Source: Acidimicrobiia bacterium (GTDB lineage Bacteria > Actinomycetota > Acidimicrobiia > Spongiisociales > ZC4RG35). Taken from it: a DNA stretch of 59,637 nucleotides. The notes under the pieces are model-generated. The model was not told the DNA's origin. It worked only from the letters and a program-made list of their open reading frames with translations, and did no database searches. Position numbers and translations under genes: made by a program. Below, piece by piece: positions 25,715 through 32,893 of this stretch. The stretch is taken from NCBI GenBank assembly GCA_015488325.1, contig WFOA01000017.1, positions 1 through 59,637 of the forward strand, written 5' to 3'. The first letter of the stretch is position 1. Every line of letters starts with the position of its first letter.

Positions 25715-25858
25715 GCCAGGACGATGCTGAGGACCCTGGGTCGTGGGTGTCGTAGGGCGACGCCGAGGACCCTGGGTCCTGGTGGTGCCAGGACGATGCT
25801 GAGGACCCTGGGTCCCTGGTGTTGTACAGCGACGCTGAGGACCCTGGGTCGCGCGCGG
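25715..25858 (+). repeat. Tandem array of 4 x 36 bp (2 x 72 bp higher order) with invariant core GAGGACCCTGGGTC
   Basis: Cores sit at 25729-25742, 25765-25778, 25801-25814 and 25837-25850, exactly 36 nt apart. Units 1 and 3 are identical over 28 nt, and units 2 and 4 match at 24 of 28. The core contains the palindrome (A)GGACCC-T-GGGTCC(T). The array lies between convergent 3' ends. Confidence 0.9.
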
Positions 25859-25865
25859 GTGGCGG

Positions 25866-26870
25866 TCACGGGGTCCAGTCCGCGAAGGCGTCCACCATTG
25901 CCCGCTTGTCGGGGCCGAGGGGGTACAGCACCGGGGAGGTGCAACCCCGGTCGACGTATTCGGCCACCTTCTCCCGGCACTCGTCGGGGGTGCCGGAGGC
26001 GGTGATGAGCTGGACGACGTCGTCGGGCACCAGCTTCGCCGCCTCGGCCACCTGCTCCCGGGTGGCGGGCCACGTCAACACCCGGCCGATGTCCTCCAGC
26101 AGCTCTTCGGGCACCCCCGACGCCTTCATGATGTGGGGCTGCTGACCCAGGTATTGGGTGACCAGCATCCGGGCCGAATCCAGCGCCCGGTCCCGGTCGT
26201 CGTCGAGGGAACAGACGATGAGCTGGGGCCGGTCCAGGTCGTCGACACTTCGGCCAGCCCGGGCGGCGCCGATGCCCAGATGCTCCATCGCCCGGTCGTT
26301 GTAGTCGGGCGACACCAGATAGTTCAACAACACCCCGTCGGCGATCTCCCCGGCCAGCTCCATCATCTTCATCCCCGTCGCCCCCAGGTAGATCGGTATC
26401 TCCTTGGGGCGCCGCTCCTGATGGACGTAGTCGAGGGACACGCCGTCGAGGTGCACGAACTCGCCGTCGTAGGACACCGTCTGCCCGGCAAGCAACGATC
26501 GCACCGCTTCGATCGTCTCCCGCATCGCCTGCAACGGACGGCGGCGGACGATCCCCACCTTCCGGGCCAAAGGATCCCACCAGGCTCCGAGACCGAGGAG
26601 GATCCGCCCCGGCGCCAGGTCGTCGAGGGTGGAGAACGTGGCTGCCAGCAGCGCCACGTTCCGGGTCCAGTTGTTGACCACTCCCGACCCGACCCGGATC
26701 CGGTCGGTCACTGCCGCGATCGCCGCCATCGGCACCGTCGCCTCCCGGACCAGGCGCGACTCGGCCTGCCATACGGCGGCGAACCCCCGCTCCTCGGCGT
26801 AGCGGGCCAGCTCCATGCCGTCCCGGATCGCCAGGTCGTCCTGCAGGTAGAGGGCCAGCGGAACCGACAT
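25866..26870 (-). CDS. Luciferase-like (LLM class) flavin/F420-dependent oxidoreductase
   Basis: ATG at 26870. The pattern matches LLM/F420-dependent enzymes ([44 protein letters not shown]..., [13 protein letters not shown]). Confidence 0.8.
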   Translation of the reverse strand: MSVPLALYLQDDLAIRDGMELARYAEERGFAAVWQAESRLVREATVPMAAIAAVTDRIRVGSGVVNNWTRNVALLAATFSTLDDLAPGRILLGLGAWWDPLARKVGIVRRRPLQAMRETIEAVRSLLAGQTVSYDGEFVHLDGVSLDYVHQERRPKEIPIYLGATGMKMMELAGEIADGVLLNYLVSPDYNDRAMEHLGIGAARAGRSVDDLDRPQLIVCSLDDDRDRALDSARMLVTQYLGQQPHIMKASGVPEELLEDIGRVLTWPATREQVAEAAKLVPDDVVQLITASGTPDECREKVAEYVDRGCTSPVLYPLGPDKRAMVDAFADWTP

Positions 26871-27090
26871 CGGCCTGAAACCTACCGGGTTCCGACCCGA
26901 GACGCACCCGTCTGGCAGAATCAGGCGACGTGGACCACGAACATCGACCGGGCTGTCTCTGTCTCCCCGGACCCGGAGACCATCTCGCCCCAGAGGCCGT
27001 AGACGCCCTCGGCGACGCCTGTGAGCGGGGACTCGCCCTGTGGCGGACGATCGGCGACCGCCTGACCGAGGCACTGGCCGAGCAGTCCGA

Positions 27091-27471
27091 GTGATCCCGA
27101 GGATCTTCGTCTACGGCACCCTCCGGCCGGCCGGTCCCTCCCACGGCCAGGTCCTCGGACCGTACGTCACCTCCCATCGCCGTGCCGTCCTCTTCGACCA
27201 TGCCCTCTACGCCGTCGGTCTTCCCTACCCGGCGGCGGTGCCCCGGTCCGGATGCCGGGTGGTGGGTGACGTCGTCGAACTCGACCCGAGCCGCATCCCC
27301 GAAGCCCTGGAGGTGGTCGACTTCTTCGAAGGCGACGGCTACCGGCGCGGCGTGGTGACGGTCTGGACCGCCGACGGGGAGGTCGACGCCTGGGTGTACC
27401 TCGCCGCCGAACCGGAGACCCTCCCGGAGACGGCGCTCGTGCCGTCGGGCGACTGGCTGCAGGTGCGCTGA
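27091..27471 (+). CDS. Gamma-glutamylcyclotransferase (AIG2/GGCT-like) family protein
   Basis: The N-terminal motif IFVYGTLR and an overall ~125-aa AIG2-like pattern. The start is uncertain, either GTG 27091 or GTG 27040. Confidence 0.65.
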   Translation: MIPRIFVYGTLRPAGPSHGQVLGPYVTSHRRAVLFDHALYAVGLPYPAAVPRSGCRVVGDVVELDPSRIPEALEVVDFFEGDGYRRGVVTVWTADGEVDAWVYLAAEPETLPETALVPSGDWLQVR

Positions 27472-27496
27472 GGGCGAGCCTGCGATACTGCGGTCC

Positions 27497-28795
27497 ATGG
27501 TGCGCCCCGACCGCCGCGGTTTCGAGACCCTCAGCATCCACGCCGGATCCCGGCCCGACCCCGAGACCGGAGCCGTCGTCCCCCCCATCTACAAGACGGC
27601 CTCCTTCGTGTTCGAAGACACCGCCCACGCCGCCGCCCTCTTCAACCTGGAACGACCCGGGCACATCTACTCCCGGATCTCCAACCCGACCGTCGCCGTG
27701 TTCGAAGAACGGATGGCGGCGCTGGAAGGCGGGGTCGGGGCGGTCGCCACCGCGTCGGGACAGGCAGCTCTGCATCTCGCCGTCGCCACCCTCATGGGCC
27801 AGGGAGGCCACATCGTCACCTCGTCGGCCCTCTACGGCGGCACCACCAACCTCTTCGTCCACACCCTGCCCCGGTTCGGGATCGAGGCCACCTTCGTCGA
27901 CCCGTCCGACATCGACGCCTTCCGGCGGGCGATCCGGCCCGAAACCCGGATGGTGTACGGGGAGACGATCGGCAACCCGACGATGGGTGTCCTCGACCTG
28001 CCCGCCGTCGCCGCCGTCGCCCACGAAGCCGGGGTGCCGTTCGTGGTCGACAACACCTTCTCCACCCCCTACCTGTGCCGCCCCTTCGAATGGGGCGCCG
28101 ACATCGTCCTCCATTCCGCCACCAAGTACATCTGCGGGCATGGCACCGTCATCGGCGGGGTGTTGGTGGACGGCGGGACCTTCGACTGGGAGGAGGCGGG
28201 GAAATTCCCGACCCTCACCGAACCGGCCGCCGCCTACCACGGGGTGGATTTCAGTGAAGAGTTCGGCCCGGCCGCCTTCGCCGCTCGGGCCCGGGCCGAC
28301 GGGCTACGGGATTTCGGGGCGGCGATGGCGCCCGAGACCGCCTTCAGCCTCCTCCAAGGCCTCGAGACGTTGCCGGTGCGGATGGACCGTCACGTCGCCA
28401 ACGCGGTCGCCGTCGCCGAGTTCCTCGACGCCGCCCCCGAGGTCGCCTGGGTCTCCTACCCGGGTCTCGCCTCCCATCCCGACCACGCCCTGGCGGGAAA
28501 GCTCCTTCCCCGGGGTGCCGGTGGGATCCTCGCCTTCGGGATCGAAGGGGGCCGGGAGGCGGGCCGGCGCTTCATCGAATCGGTGGAGGTGTTCACCCAT
28601 CTCGCCAACGTCGGTGATGTCAGATCCCTGGTCATCCATCCTGCTTCCACCACCCATCAGCAGATGTCCGCCGAAGAACTGGAGGCAGCCGGGGTCGGGG
28701 AGGAACTGATCCGGGTGTCGGTGGGTTTGGAGAACATCGACGATCTCCTCACCGACCTGCGTCGAGCGTTGCGGGCGTCACAGAAGGGCATGTGA
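27497..28795 (+). CDS. metY: O-acetylhomoserine sulfhydrylase (aminocarboxypropyltransferase)
   Basis: 432 aa. It has GFETLSIHAG, PIYKTASFVF, YSRISNPTV and the PLP-lysine region (HSATKYICGHG). Confidence 0.92.
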   Translation: MVRPDRRGFETLSIHAGSRPDPETGAVVPPIYKTASFVFEDTAHAAALFNLERPGHIYSRISNPTVAVFEERMAALEGGVGAVATASGQAALHLAVATLMGQGGHIVTSSALYGGTTNLFVHTLPRFGIEATFVDPSDIDAFRRAIRPETRMVYGETIGNPTMGVLDLPAVAAVAHEAGVPFVVDNTFSTPYLCRPFEWGADIVLHSATKYICGHGTVIGGVLVDGGTFDWEEAGKFPTLTEPAAAYHGVDFSEEFGPAAFAARARADGLRDFGAAMAPETAFSLLQGLETLPVRMDRHVANAVAVAEFLDAAPEVAWVSYPGLASHPDHALAGKLLPRGAGGILAFGIEGGREAGRRFIESVEVFTHLANVGDVRSLVIHPASTTHQQMSAEELEAAGVGEELIRVSVGLENIDDLLTDLRRALRASQKGM

Positions 28796-29583
28796 TGGAG
28801 CTGACGGTCGACGGCGCCGACGTGTTCGTCCACACCGGCGGGGTGGCTCCCGACCCGTCCCTGCCGGCGGTGGTGATGCTGCACGGGGCGGGGATGGACC
28901 ATTCGGTGTGGCGGTTCCAGGCCCGTGCCCTCGCCCACGAGGGGTTCGCGGTGTTCGCCCCCGACCTGCCCGGCCACGGCAGATCCGCAGGGAAGGCGCC
29001 GTCGGCCATCGGTGACGCCGCCGCCTGGGTGGCCGAGTTCGTCGACGAGGTGGGGCTCGGCCGGATCTCGGTGGTGGGCCATTCGATGGGGTCGCTCATC
29101 GGGATCGAACTGGCCGTCGTCTCCGACCTCGTCGACCGTCTCGTCCTCATCGGCACCTCCGGGGAGATGGCCGTGCATCCCGACCTCTTGGCCGCCGCCG
29201 AGGCAGGAGACCGTCTGGCGGTGGACCTCATCGTCGGCTGGGCGTTCGGGACGGCAGGCCGCCGGGGCGGGCACCCCCAGGCGGGGACGTGGCTGCCCGC
29301 CGCGGCGGTCCGGCTGCTGGAACGCTCCCTCGACGGGCCCCTCGGCTCCGACCTGGCTGCCTGTGCCGACTATCCGGGCCTGGATCGGGCCTCACAGGTG
29401 AGGGCACCTACCCTCGTCGTCCAAGGCGCCGAAGACCGGATGACCCCGGTCCGTGCCGCCCGGAAACTGGTCGAAGTGATCTCCGACGCCCGCCTGGAGG
29501 TGGTCCCCGACGCAGGCCACATGGTGATGGTGGAGGCACCCGACCGGGTCCGGCGCCTGCTGGAGGGATTCCTCGCCGGGTGA
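28792..29583 (+). CDS. Alpha/beta-fold hydrolase
   Basis: HG oxyanion motif (VVMLHGAGMDHSVW), nucleophile elbow (GHSMGS) and a C-terminal His (DAGHMVM). The start overlaps the metY stop. Confidence 0.85.
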   Translation: MMELTVDGADVFVHTGGVAPDPSLPAVVMLHGAGMDHSVWRFQARALAHEGFAVFAPDLPGHGRSAGKAPSAIGDAAAWVAEFVDEVGLGRISVVGHSMGSLIGIELAVVSDLVDRLVLIGTSGEMAVHPDLLAAAEAGDRLAVDLIVGWAFGTAGRRGGHPQAGTWLPAAAVRLLERSLDGPLGSDLAACADYPGLDRASQVRAPTLVVQGAEDRMTPVRAARKLVEVISDARLEVVPDAGHMVMVEAPDRVRRLLEGFLAG

Positions 29584-29657
29584 CGGCGCCGTAGGTATGG
29601 CCGGGACCGTCCGATGGGATGCTGGAACACCGTGCGTGCGAGTAGCATCGCCGACCC

Positions 29658-30806
29658 ATGGAGCATCAGGGCAGCGTCGGACGGGTCGAAACCCGGTTCC
29701 ACACCCTGGACGGCCCTTTCACCGTCCAGGACGGCGACACCCTGGCCGAGGTGACCCTCGCCTACGAGCTGTACGGTCGGATCAACGAGGCCCGGGACAA
29801 CGTCATCCTCGTCTTCCACGCCCTCACCGGAAGCCAACACGCCGCCGGATACAACCCCGACGTGCCGGGGCTCGACGGTCGCTGGACCGAAGAGATGCAT
29901 CATGGTTGGTGGGATGGCTTCATCGGACCCGGCAAGGCCCTCGACACCGACCGCTACGCCGTCCTCTGCGTCAACTATCTCGGAGGCTGCTACGGGTCCA
30001 CCGGGCCGGCGTCGACCAACCCGACGACGGGGCGTCCCTACGGTTCGTCGTTCCCGAAACTCACCCTCACCGACATCGTCGACTCGCAGATGCGACTCCT
30101 CGACGAACTGGGGATCGAACGGCTCCACGCCGTCACCGGCGGCTCGGTGGGGGGTATGGCCTGTGCGGTGCTGGCGACCCGGTATCCGGACCGGGTGCGG
30201 ATCGTGTTGCCGATCGCTGCCGGGTTCGAGACCACCACGCTGCAGGTGCTGCACAACTTCGAGCAGATGTTCGCCATCATCACCGACCCCGAGTTCAAAG
30301 GGGGCGACTACTACGGCGGGCCCGGGCCGGAGCTGGGTCTCGCCCTGGCCCGGATGATCGGCCACAAGACGTTCGTGTCCCTGTCGGCGTTGCGGGAACG
30401 GGCCCGGTCGGAGATCGTCCGTGGTGAAGACCTCGGCGGCTACCGGGTGGGCCACCATCTCGAGTCCTACATGCTGCATCAGGGCCAGAAGTTCGTGAAG
30501 CGGTTCGACGCCAACACCTACCTTCGAATCATGACGGTGTGGCAACAGTTCGACCTGGTGAAAGAGGTCGGGGCGGGTTCGCTTCCCGAGCTGCTCGCCC
30601 GCTGCCGCCACCAGCGGTGGATGGTGTTCACCATCGACTCCGACGTCTGCTTCTACCCCGACGAACAGGAGGCGATGGTGGCGGAGTTGAAACGGGCGGG
30701 GGTTCCGGTGCGCCGGTACACGGTCCATTCCGACAAGGGGCACGATTCGTTCCTGATCGAACCGGAGCTGTATTCGGCGTTGCTGGCCGACGTCCTCGCC
30801 GGCTGA
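29658..30806 (+). CDS. metX: Homoserine O-acetyltransferase
   Basis: 382 aa with NVILVFHALTGSQHAAG, GWWDGFIGPGKALDTDRYAVLCVNYLGGCYGSTGP, the nucleophile elbow GGSVGGM and a C-terminal GHDSFL. Confidence 0.92.
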   Translation: MEHQGSVGRVETRFHTLDGPFTVQDGDTLAEVTLAYELYGRINEARDNVILVFHALTGSQHAAGYNPDVPGLDGRWTEEMHHGWWDGFIGPGKALDTDRYAVLCVNYLGGCYGSTGPASTNPTTGRPYGSSFPKLTLTDIVDSQMRLLDELGIERLHAVTGGSVGGMACAVLATRYPDRVRIVLPIAAGFETTTLQVLHNFEQMFAIITDPEFKGGDYYGGPGPELGLALARMIGHKTFVSLSALRERARSEIVRGEDLGGYRVGHHLESYMLHQGQKFVKRFDANTYLRIMTVWQQFDLVKEVGAGSLPELLARCRHQRWMVFTIDSDVCFYPDEQEAMVAELKRAGVPVRRYTVHSDKGHDSFLIEPELYSALLADVLAG

Positions 30807-30809
30807 ACG

Positions 30810-31589
30810 TCAACGGTTCGACGGCGAACGGCCCGGCCCTGGAGGCCCGGCGAACACCTGGGCGATCTCCATCCAGCGGCGGGCCACCTCGCCTTCCACG
30901 TCGAGGCCGGTGTCGTCGACGTGGCGGCGTTGGGCCACCACCAGGCAGAAGTCGAGGGCCGGGCCTGCGACCGAGTCGGCTGCTTCCTCGTTCCACACCC
31001 ACAGCTCCCCGCCTGGCCCGCGGAGTTCGACCCGGACCTTCCGGTCGGGGACGTCGAGGCCCCGGTTGCGAAACGACCACGAGAAGGTCTTCACCCCCAG
31101 TTCGGCGACGTGGCGGAGCCGGGCGGTGGGCGTCCGGGTGACGCCGAGGGCGTCGGCCACGTCCTGGCCGTGGGCCCACGTCTCCATGAGCCTCGCCGTC
31201 ACCGACGACGACGCCTTCATCGGTGGCCCGTACCAGGGGACTCGACGGTCGGGGTCGACGTTCGCCATCACGTCGATGAGGTGCCGCCGGGCCTGACGCC
31301 ACCAGGTGAGGAGGTCGGCGGGCCGGATGCTGCGGGCCCGTCGCAGGTGCCCTTCGAGGAGGGATTCGACGCCTTCGGCGAGGATCCGGTTCAGATGGTC
31401 GCCGAAGGCCTCCGGGTCGGCGGCGGAGAGGGCGGCGCGTTCGTCGAAGAAGGCGAGATGGCCGATCTGGTCGCGGATCGTCCAGCCTTCGGCGGGGGTG
31501 GGGGTGTCCCAGGCGGCGTCGTCGAGGTCGGCGACGAGGCCGTCGAGGTCGGCCTGTTCGGCTGCGAGGTCGTCGAGGAGGGCTCTCAT
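30810..31589 (-). CDS. DinB-like / mycothiol-maleylpyruvate-isomerase N-terminal domain family protein (TIGR03084-like)
   Basis: The N-terminus LLDDLAAEQADLDGLVADLDDAAWDTPTPAEGWTIRDQIGHLAFFDE is characteristic of the actinobacterial DinB/MDMPI superfamily. Confidence 0.75.
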   Translation of the reverse strand: MRALLDDLAAEQADLDGLVADLDDAAWDTPTPAEGWTIRDQIGHLAFFDERAALSAADPEAFGDHLNRILAEGVESLLEGHLRRARSIRPADLLTWWRQARRHLIDVMANVDPDRRVPWYGPPMKASSSVTARLMETWAHGQDVADALGVTRTPTARLRHVAELGVKTFSWSFRNRGLDVPDRKVRVELRGPGGELWVWNEEAADSVAGPALDFCLVVAQRRHVDDTGLDVEGEVARRWMEIAQVFAGPPGPGRSPSNR

Positions 31590-31620
31590 GGGGACGTTTC
31601 TAGCGGGTCACGACCCGGTC

Positions 31621-31659
31621 GTGTACAGGAGCGGGTGGTTTCCGCGTTCGAGTGCACAC
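31621..31659 (-). repeat. Copy A of a conserved 39-nt inverted-repeat element
   Basis: GTGTACAGGAGCGGGTGGTTTCCGCGTTCGAGTGCACAC. 30 of 39 positions are invariant across the three copies. It lies 31 nt upstream of the minus-strand start at 31589. Confidence 0.85.
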
Positions 31660-31785
31660 AGACCCCGCTGCGTCCCAGTAGGTGCCAGCTCGTGGATGGC
31701 GGGCGCGCGATTGGGGGTTGACAGGAGGGAATCGTCCGCTACGCAACACCGGCCTGAGCTGCCGACGGGAGAAGGAGCCAAGCCT

Positions 31786-31953
31786 ATGGAGGCCGAGATG
31801 ACCGCCGCTGTGAGGTGCATCCGAACCGGCTGCCCGTCGGACACCGCCGTGCCCGACTTCCTGCTGGACGGCGCCGGCGTCGTGATCGCCATGACCTACA
31901 CCTGCCAGGTCTGCGGCGTCTCGTGGGTCGAGGACCTGCGTCCCGCCGCCTGA
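31786..31953 (+). CDS. Small (55-aa) Cys4 zinc-ribbon-like protein
   Basis: ATG is preceded by GGGAGAAGGAG. It has CxxxxC...CxxC (CIRTGC ... CQVCG) and strongly GC-biased third codon positions. Confidence 0.55.
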   Translation: MEAEMTAAVRCIRTGCPSDTAVPDFLLDGAGVVIAMTYTCQVCGVSWVEDLRPAA

Positions 31954-31981
31954 CGTCCAGGCCGTACCGGCTTGACCCGGC

Positions 31982-32893
31982 CTACCGCTCGGAGGCCGGA
32001 GGGTCCTCGCCGCCCACCCGGAGGCCGCACATCTCCTCCAGCGCCTTCACCAGAGCGTGGTTGCCTTCCAGCCCGAGACCCCGGCGTTGCAGCGCCCGGT
32101 ACATCTGGAACACGAGGGCCGTCCCGGGCAGCGGCACCGCCAGCTCGTCGGCCGCCTCCAACACCAGCCGCAGGTCCTTTTCCTGCAGGTCGATGGTGAA
32201 CCCGGGTCGCCAGTCCCGTTCGATCATCTGCGGTCCCCGGTTGGCCAACATCCACGAGCCGGCCGCACCGCCCTTCACCGCATCCAGGGTCTTGCGGAGA
32301 TCCAGGCGGCCGGCCTGGGCGAGGAGCAACGCTTCGGAGACGGCGAGTTGGTTCACCACCACCAGCACCTGGTTGACGAGCTTCACCATCTGGCCCGCCC
32401 CCTGACCGCCGACGTGGACGACGGTGGTTCCGTACGCCTCGAAGTACGGGAGGGCCCGTTGGAACGACGCTTCGTCGCCGCCCACCATGATCGACAGGGT
32501 GCCCCGCTGGGCACCTTCGGAGCCGCCCGAGACGGGGGCGTCGAGCCAGCGGGCCCCCTTCTCCTCCACCGCCGAGGCGAAGGTCAGGGTCGCCGACGGG
32601 GAGATCGTCGAATGGTCCACCACCAGTTTCCCGTCCGACAGCCCGGCCAGGATCCCGTCGTCGCCGTGGAGGACCGCTTCGACGTCGGGGGTGTCGGAGA
32701 CGCAGATCATCACGACGTCGGCACGTTCCGCCACCTCCCGGGGGGAGTCGGCCGGTTCGGCCCCGGCTTCGACGAGGGGGTCCATCTTTGCCCGGGTCCG
32801 GTTCCAGACGACCAGCCGGTGGCCCTTCTCCAACAGGTTGCGGGCCATCCCCGACCCCATGATCCCCAAGCCGATGAACCCGACCATGGTCAT
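31982..32893 (-). CDS. 3-hydroxyisobutyrate dehydrogenase-family NAD(P)-dependent oxidoreductase
   Basis: N-terminal Rossmann motif VGFIGLGIMGSGMARNL. GGAGGA SD. The start overlaps the upstream stop (ATGA at 32890-32893). Confidence 0.85.
   Translation of the reverse strand: MTMVGFIGLGIMGSGMARNLLEKGHRLVVWNRTRAKMDPLVEAGAEPADSPREVAERADVVMICVSDTPDVEAVLHGDDGILAGLSDGKLVVDHSTISPSATLTFASAVEEKGARWLDAPVSGGSEGAQRGTLSIMVGGDEASFQRALPYFEAYGTTVVHVGGQGAGQMVKLVNQVLVVVNQLAVSEALLLAQAGRLDLRKTLDAVKGGAAGSWMLANRGPQMIERDWRPGFTIDLQEKDLRLVLEAADELAVPLPGTALVFQMYRALQRRGLGLEGNHALVKALEEMCGLRVGGEDPPASER

Noticed and set aside
25715-25858. Possible CRISPR array, because the repeats are regularly spaced at 36 bp.
   Set aside because: The conserved part is about 22-28 nt, leaving variable parts of only 8-14 nt, and there are only four units. 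The units alternate between two subtypes as a duplicated 72-bp block. No cas genes or leader are present. This does not fit CRISPR repeat-spacer geometry.
26871-27496. Expected SAM riboswitch (SAM-I or SAM-IV) upstream of the metY operon.
   Set aside because: I could not find the hallmark conserved strings of these riboswitches by eye in this leader or in 29584-29657. The region 27040-27471 is better explained as a GGCT-like CDS. Only a covariance-model scan could settle this.
31718-31745. TTGACA (31718-31723) followed 16-17 nt later by TACGCA/ACGCAA as a promoter for the small zinc-ribbon ORF.
   Set aside because: The -10 candidate lacks the conserved final T and matches poorly. It is left as unproven.
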